Origin: a virus
Lineage: Duplodnaviria; Caudoviricetes
DNA length: 31,076 nucleotides
Reading direction: 5' to 3' (one strand)
IMG/VR virus record: IMGVR_UViG_3300037518_000590
Span: 1-31,076 of that record
The position numbers and the translations under genes were made by a program. Below are positions 1 to 7,435 of the stretch, in pieces; positions within the stretch are counted from its first letter, which is position 1; each line of letters opens with the position of its first letter. A model generated the notes under the pieces. The model ran no database searches and was not told the origin of the DNA. It worked only from the letters and a program-made list of their open reading frames with translations.

Positions 1-117
1 CGCCGTGCCTCTCCCCGCCAGGCCTCTCCCCGCCAGCCGTTCCCTGCCTCGCCACGCCGTGCCACGCCCTGCCCCGCCCGGCCATGCCCCGCCCGGCCAT
101 GCCCGGCCGCGCCTGCC
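1..117 (-). repeat. GGC-NN pentamer array (putative non-coding guide-RNA array), truncated by window start
   Basis: On +, GCC (or TCC at 12, 27, 41) recurs every 5 nt at 2-32 and 36-111. On - it reads GGC a GGC gc GGC cg GGC at GGC cg GGC gg GGC at GGC cg GGC gg GGC ag GGC gt GGC ac GGC gt GGC ga GGC ag GGA ac GGC t GGC gg ..., starting 5 nt after the stop of 123-938. Confidence 0.85.
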
Positions 118-122
118 GTCCG

Positions 123-938
123 CTAACTCAATCGATCTTCAACGCTCGGCGCATCGTGCCCGTTCCCGCGCACGTTGCCCGAGTCCACCTCGACACCCCG
201 CACATTGACCTCCTCATCGAACCAGGCGAGCAGCTCCTCGGTCTCGCGGTCGTAGGGCACGGCTTCCTGCATGTCCTGGATCTGCGACTGGCGGCCGATC
301 TTCATGACCCGCTTCCAGTTCGGATCCTTCGCGTCGACGATGTCGAACTGCCCGTAGTTGCCAGAGCCCTTCTGAGGCCGCCAGTCGCCGATCCCCTGGA
401 TCAGGCCGGCGGTCGCCAGCAGGTTCGAGAGCACCGTCGCGTTCAGCAGTGGATTGATATAGCTGATCGAAATCTGGCAGGCCCACTCCGGCACGATCGC
501 GCGGGTCCGGATGTCCGGCGTGCGATTCATGTCGGCCGAGCGAGTGACGGACATGAACATCCGAACGTTGCCGTGAATCGCAATTCGCTCGCCCTCGACC
601 CACATCAAGCGCCCCAGCTGCGCCTTCGTTGCGCCCGGGACGTCAACGCCAGTCGCACAGATCGCCTTCTTGAAGGCCGTCGCCAGGTGCTGCACATACG
701 TCGCCGCCTGTTCCGACGGATCCAGATAGGGCGAGTCGATGAACTCCTGCCGGGGATGGTGCTTGAGTGATCTCGCCTTTTCGGCCGTGCTCTTCCGTCC
801 TTTCGGCATCAGCAGCTCGTGCTTCGCCTTTTCGCTCATGCGGTTCAGGATCAGCGGCGTCCGGCCCAGGACGCAGTACGTCAGCCGGCTCTCTTTCACG
901 GGGACGATATCGATCGTCTGCTCTTTCTTCGTTGCCAT
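123..938 (-). CDS. Solitary Cas7/RAMP-like protein (Vipr-like), 271 aa
   Basis: ATG at 938 with AGGAGG RBS. RAMP-like order of motifs: beta-strand + GRTPL, helix AFKKAI, RTRAIVPEW strand, C-terminal glycine-rich loop AGLIQGIGDWRPQKGSGNYGQF. No other cas gene in the window. Confidence 0.7.
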   Translation of the reverse strand: MATKKEQTIDIVPVKESRLTYCVLGRTPLILNRMSEKAKHELLMPKGRKSTAEKARSLKHHPRQEFIDSPYLDPSEQAATYVQHLATAFKKAICATGVDVPGATKAQLGRLMWVEGERIAIHGNVRMFMSVTRSADMNRTPDIRTRAIVPEWACQISISYINPLLNATVLSNLLATAGLIQGIGDWRPQKGSGNYGQFDIVDAKDPNWKRVMKIGRQSQIQDMQEAVPYDRETEELLAWFDEEVNVRGVEVDSGNVRGNGHDAPSVEDRLS

Positions 939-998
939 GTTATGGCCTCCTTGTACGCCCTGGCCCAATGCCAGGGCTTGTCAAAAATAGTTATCGAG

Positions 999-1106
999 CT
1001 ACCAGTCGTACTTCCCGGTCCCCTGGTGCCCGTGCTCGTTCATGTGGATCGCGCCGGCGCACAGGCAGATCGCGTATCCGACCAGAAACAGCTCATAGGC
1101 GCTCAT
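999..1106 (-). CDS. Small hydrophobic protein (35 aa, MSAYELFLVGYAICLCAGAIH...)
   Basis: ATGA overlap with the stop of 1103-1612; read manually from the sequence. Confidence 0.4.
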   Translation of the reverse strand: MSAYELFLVGYAICLCAGAIHMNEHGHQGTGKYDW

Positions 1107-1612
1107 GCCGCTGCCTCAGCGGAAAAATTGAAGTACAACTGCCCGGTGCTCATCGCCAGTTGCGATGCCTGCATCACCTCAATCGAGTGATGGCCGTGCC
1201 TTCTGGCAATCTCGTCGAACCAACCGAAGTGACGATCGTGCGGCCGGATCTTGAGCTTCGGGCGCCCGACCGTGTCGGCCTTCGGCTGTCCGTTGTCGTC
1301 GATCACCCGCTGCAGGTGGTGGAGCTCGTGATCCAACAGTGCGTTCGACTGCTCCCTGGTGAGACCCGAGTAGCTGTAGCGGTCGACCGTGACGATCGCG
1401 TCGGCAAGCCCTGCGGCCCGGTCGCGGGCCGATGTGATCTTCATCGTCGCGATCGCCGGATAGCCCTTCTCAGTCAGCACGTGCTCGTTCTCATCGGAGA
1501 AGACGAACAGCGCCGTCACCGTCACACCCTCGAGTTCCGGGTAGTGCAGCGAGCGAAGCTTGTTGAGGCGACCGCAAACGTCGTCACTCGCGATCTCATA
1601 GCGCTTGGCCAT
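1103..1612 (-). CDS. Putative phage metallopeptidase
   Basis: ALLDHELHH (HExxH) followed by LKIRPHD..F.EIARRHG; translationally coupled to neighbours. Confidence 0.75.
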   Translation of the reverse strand: MAKRYEIASDDVCGRLNKLRSLHYPELEGVTVTALFVFSDENEHVLTEKGYPAIATMKITSARDRAAGLADAIVTVDRYSYSGLTREQSNALLDHELHHLQRVIDDNGQPKADTVGRPKLKIRPHDRHFGWFDEIARRHGHHSIEVMQASQLAMSTGQLYFNFSAEAAA

Positions 1613-2076
1613 CAGCTGAGCTCGACGGCCAGCCCTTCGACCGCGGCGGCCCGCGAGTCGTCACTGACGGCGAACGGCAGCACGGCGGCAATACCGCGGA
1701 CATCGCCGTCGGTGATGACAACCGCACGAGCCTCATAGTCGCCGAAGTCGAGCTCGTCCTGGGCAAACTCGGTCGCGGTCCCCTCGGCCATGCCGAGCAC
1801 GGTCCATTCTTCGATCCCGACGACGCGAAGCGCGATCTCCGTGGCAACGATGGCGGCCGGATCGAGCGCGCCGCCAGCCTGGCGGGTTGTCGGCAGGGTG
1901 AAAGTGAAAAGCGCATTCTTCATGGCATCGACCTCGACTGAAAAGTGGAGCACGGGAGTAGCGGGTGCCGGTCCGGGTGCGGGATCGACATCCCGGCCAA
2001 GAATCCGGCGGAGGAACCGCTCGATCGCATCGAGCAAGCGGTGAAGGAAGGCCAACACGTCATTCGCACCTCGCAT
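1612..2076 (-). CDS. Hypothetical protein, possible FN3/Ig-like beta domain (alternative start 1923)
   Basis: FTFTLPTTRQAGGALDP...GDYEARAVV resembles the adjacent FN3 protein; part of a coupled operon. Confidence 0.5.
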   Translation of the reverse strand: MRGANDVLAFLHRLLDAIERFLRRILGRDVDPAPGPAPATPVLHFSVEVDAMKNALFTFTLPTTRQAGGALDPAAIVATEIALRVVGIEEWTVLGMAEGTATEFAQDELDFGDYEARAVVITDGDVRGIAAVLPFAVSDDSRAAAVEGLAVELS

Positions 2077-2641
2077 AGACGACGGCGGGTTCGACGTTGC
2101 CGGCCCAGGCGACGAGCTCGCGCGGAACGGCGAAGAACAGATCGCCGCTTGCGACGATGGCCTGGGTCGCGATGCAGATCGTCCCGGCCGGCACGGTGCC
2201 GACCGGAAGCATCACCGCGCGATTCGTTTGCGGCACAAAGTCGTACACTGTGAATGGGCCGTCCGGTTGAACGGTCACAGCGCCAGGCGGGCGCGGATCC
2301 GCGAGCGCAATGCAACCGACCGTCGTCTTCGTCGCCAGATTCGAAAGCATGCTCTCGAGTCCCTGGGCTTTGTGCGCCGTCACCGCGAAGAACCATTGCG
2401 CCGCGCCGAGATCGTCGACGATGTAACTGGTCAGCGATGCATTCTCGAGCGTGACCGAATTCGACAAGTCGTCGACGGCCAGTCCCCAGTACACGCGGAA
2501 GCCGGCTAAATCGGTCAAGGGTGTGCCGTCAGTATTCTCGGTTGGCGGTTGCCAGGTCAGCGTCGCGGAGCAGGTTTGCGCGAAGGCGCCCTGGGCGAAG
2601 AATGCCAGTCCAGCGACGACGAAGATCAGCGCGCGGATCAT
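2060..2641 (-). CDS. Exported fibronectin type III domain protein
   Basis: Signal peptide ending AFA; ATLTWQPPTENTDGTPLTDLAGFRVYWG...WFFAVTA...ES.LSN is an FN3 pattern. Confidence 0.75.
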   Translation of the reverse strand: MIRALIFVVAGLAFFAQGAFAQTCSATLTWQPPTENTDGTPLTDLAGFRVYWGLAVDDLSNSVTLENASLTSYIVDDLGAAQWFFAVTAHKAQGLESMLSNLATKTTVGCIALADPRPPGAVTVQPDGPFTVYDFVPQTNRAVMLPVGTVPAGTICIATQAIVASGDLFFAVPRELVAWAGNVEPAVVYARCE

Positions 2642-3159
2642 GGTGCCGCTACCGTAGTTGGCGGCAGCTGCAGATAGCCGAGCAGTTGCTTCTCCGCATC
2701 GGCGAAACCGAACCAGATCATGCAGCGATACCCCATGAGCTCGTGGCGGCGCAAGATGGCCAGCTGGTCGGCATCCGGCTTCTGTCCATCCTCGTGCTTG
2801 AGTTCGGCCAGAAGACCGAAGAAACCGCCGCGCGGGAGGTTGAGCTGGTAGTCCGGCCAGCCCGCGCGTACGCCCTGCCCTTGCAGGATCGCCGCCTCCT
2901 TGGCATTGCGTGCGCCGCCGTTCGGTATGTGGACGAAGAAGTCGGCGACCTTGATGCGCCCGCGTGCACCATGCTCAACGACGAGTGTATCGACCCAACG
3001 GACGATCTGCCGGCCGGCCTCCTCCTCACGGTAACGCGGACGGTGTGATCGGTGCGCGGAGCTAAGGCCGCCGATGTCGTGCCCGTGGTCCTCGATCTGC
3101 GCGCGGAATCGCGACGAAAGACCGCCGATCTGAGACGTGTCTGTGATGCGGAGTGTCAT
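2638..3159 (-). CDS. VRR-NUC family nuclease (PD-(D/E)xK)
   Basis: HIPNGGAR...GVRAGWPD...AELK...Q motif set. Confidence 0.8.
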   Translation of the reverse strand: MTLRITDTSQIGGLSSRFRAQIEDHGHDIGGLSSAHRSHRPRYREEEAGRQIVRWVDTLVVEHGARGRIKVADFFVHIPNGGARNAKEAAILQGQGVRAGWPDYQLNLPRGGFFGLLAELKHEDGQKPDADQLAILRRHELMGYRCMIWFGFADAEKQLLGYLQLPPTTVAAP

Positions 3160-3578
3160 GGATTCACCACCCAGATCCCGCGTCGACCGTGGTTGCGGGT
3201 ATCGAAGTGCAGCCAGGTTTCAGTGAAGTCGACGTTCTCGATGGCCGACAGATGCGGGAACAGATCGTCGTGCTCAAGCACGTCGTCGAAGACCTCCCGC
3301 GGCGTTGCCCGGGCGAACTTGCAGTCGAACGCCCGACCGTACTTGTGTTGCGAGTACGTTGCGCCCGTTTCCGTATCGGGCCGCCGAAGACCGGACTCGC
3401 TGTAGCTGCCGTGCCATAGCCAGTCGTTGACCGTCAGTGTCCCGAAGCGATCGCGTAGCGCATCGAGGGTGATAAGCGCCTCGACATCGAGCAACTCGAT
3501 CGCCCGCTCGCCCCTCGCTTCGAAGATGTCCGGTGGCACAAGTTCCTCGATGCGGAAGTGTCTCGGTCGGTAGATCAT
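3156..3578 (-). CDS. Peptidase M15-like protein (possible endolysin)
   Basis: SGLR...SQHKYGRAFD...WLHFD zinc D-Ala-peptidase motifs. Confidence 0.7.
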   Translation of the reverse strand: MIYRPRHFRIEELVPPDIFEARGERAIELLDVEALITLDALRDRFGTLTVNDWLWHGSYSESGLRRPDTETGATYSQHKYGRAFDCKFARATPREVFDDVLEHDDLFPHLSAIENVDFTETWLHFDTRNHGRRGIWVVNP

Positions 3579-4390
3579 CCGGTCGCTCCTGCCTGGCCTT
3601 CTCGTTCCGCTTCCGCCCTGGTTGCTCGTTCGCGCTGCTGCTCCACCGTCGTCGCGAGCTGCCGGCCGTGGGCGGCATCGACGCGACGACTGAAGTGCGC
3701 GAGCGTTTCGTTGGGCGTCTTCGGTTCGATCCGAAGCAGCCTGGCCGAGTTGTTCAGCGCCAGCAGCCGGGCGTCGGCGCCGGACGGTTCCGGCGTGGGT
3801 GGGCGCGACTCACTCGCGCGCGCGCCCGCGCCTCTTTGGTTAATGGTTAATGGTTCGGGTGCGCTAGCTACCGCACCCTTACGGTTCAAAAACGCACCCT
3901 TACGATTGTCAAAACGCACCCCTACGGTTTCTTTAGGGTGCGTTTTCCGCAGGGCATGGCCATGCGGTGCGTTTTCCGCACCGAGAGGGTGATTTTCTCC
4001 TTGTGCAGTCAATGACTTAGCATCGCCGGATTCGGCCGAATTCGGGGTAACGCCTAACGGTGCGTTTTCCGCACCCTTAGCACGATTCGGGCTGAACGAT
4101 CCCGGGTCGAACTCCGGCAGTTGAGGGCCCCTCTCCCAGTGAATTCGGTACAGCGTCGGAGTCCGGCCGTGGGCCTTTTCGAGCATTTCCAAAACACCGG
4201 AGTCCAGCAGTTTTTGAACGATGTTCGAGACCGTCCGCGCCTGTTGGTAGCCGCACTTCCACGCAACCCGAGCCAGTGACGGATACGTGTATCCTGTGTC
4301 GTTCGCGTGGTCCGCGAAGGCCATCAGCACGATCTTCTGATCCCTTGGCAGGTCAAGCTTCCAGACCTGGGCACTCGCCTCGACACTCAT
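3575..4390 (-). CDS. Phage replication initiator with N-terminal HTH
   Basis: Start MSVEASAQVW at 4390 (ATGA overlap); KIVLMAFADHANDTGYTYPSLARVAWKCG...RTV is a typical initiator N-terminus; internal iterons. Confidence 0.8.
   Translation of the reverse strand: MSVEASAQVWKLDLPRDQKIVLMAFADHANDTGYTYPSLARVAWKCGYQQARTVSNIVQKLLDSGVLEMLEKAHGRTPTLYRIHWERGPQLPEFDPGSFSPNRAKGAENAPLGVTPNSAESGDAKSLTAQGENHPLGAENAPHGHALRKTHPKETVGVRFDNRKGAFLNRKGAVASAPEPLTINQRGAGARASESRPPTPEPSGADARLLALNNSARLLRIEPKTPNETLAHFSRRVDAAHGRQLATTVEQQRERATRAEAEREGQAGATG
3872..4080. repeat. Iterons / putative replication origin inside the initiator gene
   Basis: CGCACCCYTACG at 3872, 3893, 3915; GGTGCGTTTTCCGCA at 3937, 3966, 4059. 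The second set contains the GGTGCG core in inverted orientation. Confidence 0.75.
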
Positions 4391-4884
4391 GACGCGGGCT
4401 GCCTTGCGGTGACCGCCGGACGCCAGCCACCTGGCTCGAAGTAGCCCCACTGCCGGCGGTTCCGAAAGCGGATCCACAGCGTCCAGGCTGGACGAGCATT
4501 GACGACCTCGAGGCGGTGCGCGTCCGTCGCCCGCCGTCGGCGAATCCGTCGCAGTGGTCGGCCCGTCTCGCAAACCTGCCCGTCGGAGAACCAGACCTCG
4601 ACCCCCGTCGGTCCGAGCACGCGGCGTAAGCCGTCGATATCGACGTAGTTCGCGAGCTCTTCGATGTCATCCGGCGTGTATTCGAGCAGTTGCCCGCGCA
4701 GCCGGATCGAGACGTTGTCGCAAGGATGATCGTGCGGCGTTCGAGGGTCGTTGCCCCGGTGCCGGTGCAGGTAGACGTTGAACCGTGAGTTACGCGGCAG
4801 GGCCCACCAGCGCAGCATCTCGTGATCGCCGATGACCTCGTCAGGCTCGGCCGAGCCGCGCATCCAGTTCGGCCAGCGTTTCAT
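4387..4884 (-). CDS. Cupin-like phage protein
   Basis: NVYLH...PHDHP...S..L.G...E...HRLE...WTL...WG motifs; ATGA-coupled start at 4884. Confidence 0.65.
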   Translation of the reverse strand: MKRWPNWMRGSAEPDEVIGDHEMLRWWALPRNSRFNVYLHRHRGNDPRTPHDHPCDNVSIRLRGQLLEYTPDDIEELANYVDIDGLRRVLGPTGVEVWFSDGQVCETGRPLRRIRRRRATDAHRLEVVNARPAWTLWIRFRNRRQWGYFEPGGWRPAVTARQPAS

Positions 4885-5111
4885 CGTGGCTGCCGGAACC
4901 GGCCGGCTGCGGTGCAATGCGCGAAGTGCGACTCGTGGCGCCGGCTGTCGAACGTTGTGTCGCCAGGCTCTACGGTGTCGGCTTCAACCGGGGTCACCGT
5001 GCCGCCGCCCGTATTGAGAAAGACGATCCTCGCGCGACACTCGTGCGCGGAGCAACGAACGATGCGCCGCTCGTGGGCCTCGGTGGTGAAGTCAGGGTCG
5101 TCGAGGTTCAT
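4881..5111 (-). CDS. Small Cys/His (zinc-binding-like) phage protein
   Basis: CSAHEC...SHFAHC; coupled to the downstream gene. Confidence 0.6.
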   Translation of the reverse strand: MNLDDPDFTTEAHERRIVRCSAHECRARIVFLNTGGGTVTPVEADTVEPGDTTFDSRRHESHFAHCTAAGRFRQPR

Positions 5112-5233
5112 CGCACACCGGCGCCCGAACGGGAATACGGGACACGCGCCGGACTCTCACCGGCTGGCCATTCAGATGATGGCGGCGCGTCGCTACGCCC
5201 TCGAGTTGGGTTGGCGGGTTAACTCGAGACTGA

Positions 5234-5506
5234 CTAACACCCGACACGCCCCCGACGAAACGCGTTCGGCGCCACTGGCGCGGAGGCATCGACGGCTCCC
5301 GGCCCGGGACCGGGGTGGCGCGGCTCACTGTTTTCGTGTCGGAACCAGAGGTTCTTGGCGTCTTTTTGCACCAGTGGTGCAAAGTATTCCGCGACCGCCA
5401 TAAGCATGTACCCAGTTCGCAGCGAGAACGGATATCGCAGAGCCTCGCCACGCTCGGCCGCGCTCTTCGCGAACAGACTGGCAAAGACTTTCCGGTCATA
5501 AGACAC
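5234..5506 (-). CDS. Hypothetical protein at the cII-like position
   Basis: ORF immediately downstream of cro; no recognisable motif. Confidence 0.4.
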   Translation of the reverse strand: MSYDRKVFASLFAKSAAERGEALRYPFSLRTGYMLMAVAEYFAPLVQKDAKNLWFRHENSEPRHPGPGPGAVDASAPVAPNAFRRGRVGC

Positions 5507-5559
5507 TTAAATTGCCAATTAAAAACCCAGCCATTAGGCTGGCCCAAGAAGAACAACAA

Positions 5560-5766
5560 TCAGGCAGCGTCGCTGGGCGGCTCCAAATGCCGCGTCAGGA
5601 AAATGTGCAGCGGCTCCATGGTGCTTAGACGGTGCGACTTGTATTCGCGGCGGGCGACCTTCTCGAGCGTCCGCAGTGGCACACCTGTTGCCTGCGAGAC
5701 CTCCTCCCAACGACCCTTCCATCGCTGAAGCCCTTCAACCACCTGATCATGGATCGACATTGCCAT
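5560..5766 (-). CDS. Cro-like HTH regulator (probably leaderless)
   Basis: WEEVSQATGVPLRTLEKVAR HTH; divergent from the repressor; ATG 7 nt after a TATGCT -10 box. Confidence 0.75.
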   Translation of the reverse strand: MAMSIHDQVVEGLQRWKGRWEEVSQATGVPLRTLEKVARREYKSHRLSTMEPLHIFLTRHLEPPSDAA

Positions 5767-5773
5767 GCGCCCG

Positions 5774-5815
5774 AGCATAGACCCGGATTAGGGTTTTATC
5801 AACCCGGAACAGGGC
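5774..5815 (-). promoter_or_regulatory. PR-like promoter with operators
   Basis: Minus strand TTGATA (5802-5797), 17 bp, TATGCT (5779-5774). Operator AGACCCGGATTAGGGTT at 5779-5795; a second degenerate site at 5801-5815. Confidence 0.75.
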
Positions 5816-5841
5816 ATGCCGCCCGAGTAACTTCTCTGCGC

Positions 5842-6213
5842 ATGGCGCGGCGTTCAAAGAAGGATCGGCCTCCGGCGATAATCCAGGGCGTGCTTGCGGA
5901 CAATGTGCAACGTCTGCGCGATCGCCTATGGCCGGAACTGCCGAATCAGACGCAGCGCAATGAGCGAATCGCGAAGGACTCCGATACGTCGCTCTCGCAG
6001 ATCGTGTGCCGCTTCACGTTGCCCTCGTTCAGCCGCCAGCGGATCATCAATCAGGAACTCGCGCCTGGGATCGATATCGTTGAGCGACTCGCCACTGCCC
6101 TGAACGTGCGCCCTCAGGATCTCCTGACGCCGTATTTCGCCGCCCAGGCTTATAGGCCAACGCTTGTTGAATCGGTCCGAGAGTCGGACCCAAACGGCCT
6201 GCCGACGACATAG
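5842..6213 (+). CDS. CI-like XRE-family repressor with an apparent 11-aa insertion in the HTH
   Basis: VLADNVQRLR...IAKDSDTSLSQI[VCRFTLPSFSR]QRIINQELAPGIDIVERLATALNVRPQDLL. Confidence 0.75.
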   Translation: MARRSKKDRPPAIIQGVLADNVQRLRDRLWPELPNQTQRNERIAKDSDTSLSQIVCRFTLPSFSRQRIINQELAPGIDIVERLATALNVRPQDLLTPYFAAQAYRPTLVESVRESDPNGLPTT

Positions 6214-6254
6214 AGATCGTTAGTATCCACGGAGTGTGGCGCACGTCACGCTAG

Positions 6255-6296
6255 ACCCTAATCAGGGTTGACAAGACCCGGATTAGGGTTCAGTCT
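6255..6296 (+). promoter_or_regulatory. PL-like promoter with two operators
   Basis: TTGACA at 6268-6273. The 17-bp spacer 6274-6290 is identical to the operator at 5779-5795. An inverted operator ACCCTAATCAGGGT lies at 6255-6268. Weak -10 CAGTCT. Confidence 0.75.
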
Positions 6297-6321
6297 CGCC
6301 CCCATGGACATCCAACGCGTC

Positions 6322-6588
6322 TTACCGGGGCTTCCCTTGCATAATTTCGCTCGCCGACCGCGAGTCGGCCTGGCCGTTGACGGCTCGGCAATCACGACAA
6401 ATCAGCCGGCTCGTGAAGAGCAGCACGAAGAACAGAATGGCGGCGACCAGCAGCAGCGGCCAAAAGATAACGCCCGCGATCAAGCAGACCAGAAAGATCA
6501 GCCAGGCGCCGCCCGTGGCGCCCTTGACAATAGCCTTTCCCTCAAAGCCGCAGGTCGGACAGTGGATAGTCGGCGCGGTGAAATACAT
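6322..6588 (-). CDS. Small membrane protein with CxxC-hydrophobic-CxxC layout (LITAF-like zinc ribbon)
   Basis: CPTC...long hydrophobic hairpin...CRDC. Confidence 0.65.
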   Translation of the reverse strand: MYFTAPTIHCPTCGFEGKAIVKGATGGAWLIFLVCLIAGVIFWPLLLVAAILFFVLLFTSRLICRDCRAVNGQADSRSASEIMQGKPR

Positions 6589-6764
6589 GGCGACGGTCTC
6601 CTGTCAGTCAAACCTCGGACCCTATCGGCCCCGCCGATCGAAGACCAGTACCGCGCTCTCACCTGGGAACACATTTCACTCGAGACTGACCGTTTCGGGA
6701 CGACCATCACGCACGCCCTCGACGAGACGGGCGAGCACGTCTGCCTGTCAACCGAGGACCTTTC

Positions 6765-7220
6765 ATGAACGACCAGGCATATCTCACCAAGATCGATTTC
6801 CTCGGCGCCGACCGCCTCGACGAGGCATCCGACTGGGTTGCCGTTCGCGATGAACGAACCGGCCTGACCTGGGCGAAGGAGCCGATCGCGGTCGACGACT
6901 GGCTGCCCGAGACCGAGCAGCGAATCGCCGCCGAGCTAAAGGCATCGACTTTGGCTGGCATGGATGGCTGGCGGATCCCGACGCTCGAGGAGCTGGTATC
7001 GATCGTTCACACCGTTCGGCCGAGCATTGACTCCGCCTTCTTTCCGGGTTGCCCGATCGACTGGTTTTGGACATCAACGGTGTATGCGCCCTCCCCGGGC
7101 GGCGGAGCGTGGAGCGTCGACTTCTACAACGGCTACGCGTACTGGCTCGGCCGAGGCAGCGGCGGGTTCGCTCGCGCCGTGCGCGCCAGTCAGTCATCGG
7201 CCATTGGCTCGCCGAAATGA
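6765..7220 (+). CDS. DUF1566/Lcl-type protein, DGR target 1
   Basis: VRDERTGLTW...GWRIPTLEEL...FWTST...AW.V.F..G...RAVR; C-terminal VR at 7086-7193. Confidence 0.9.
   Translation: MNDQAYLTKIDFLGADRLDEASDWVAVRDERTGLTWAKEPIAVDDWLPETEQRIAAELKASTLAGMDGWRIPTLEELVSIVHTVRPSIDSAFFPGCPIDWFWTSTVYAPSPGGGAWSVDFYNGYAYWLGRGSGGFARAVRASQSSAIGSPK
7086..7193 (+). repeat. DGR variable repeat VR1 (108 bp)
   Basis: Aligns without gaps to 8538-8645, 9518-9625 and 14938-15045. Confidence 0.9.
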
Positions 7221-7435
7221 GTGCCGAGGTGATCGATCTCCGGTTCTACCGGCCGGTCCGAGCGGTACCGGCTTCGGCTAGCCGCGGTGCTGCCGTACCA
7301 CTTGCCAACCCGGGTGTCGTTTACGAAGCCTGGGTCGAGTCGAACGCGAAGCGCATCTGGGCACTCCTGCAGCGATCGAACCGTCGCGACCGGACCTTCA
7401 ACGACTTCGCCCTGGAGCTTTGGAGGACCCTCTGA
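7217..7435 (+). CDS. Hypothetical protein
   Basis: ATGA overlap with target 1; MSAEVIDLRFYRP... Confidence 0.55.
   Translation: MSAEVIDLRFYRPVRAVPASASRGAAVPLANPGVVYEAWVESNAKRIWALLQRSNRRDRTFNDFALELWRTL

Noticed and set aside
1-117. CRISPR array or plain microsatellite
   Set aside because: There is no 25-45 bp repeat/spacer structure, and the dinucleotides vary too much for a simple repeat.
5-208. 67-aa Pro/Arg-rich ORF, and the 84-770 + strand ORF
   Set aside because: These are translations of the pentamer array and the antisense shadow of the Cas7-like gene.
4391-4573. Upstream extension of the replication initiator
   Set aside because: It overlaps the cupin-like gene; the ATGA-coupled start at 4390 fits the family N-terminus.
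5779-5815. Possible self-target of the array's gapped NN code in the operator region
   Set aside because: A manual check matched only two dinucleotides. A full-window gapped scan could not be done by eye.
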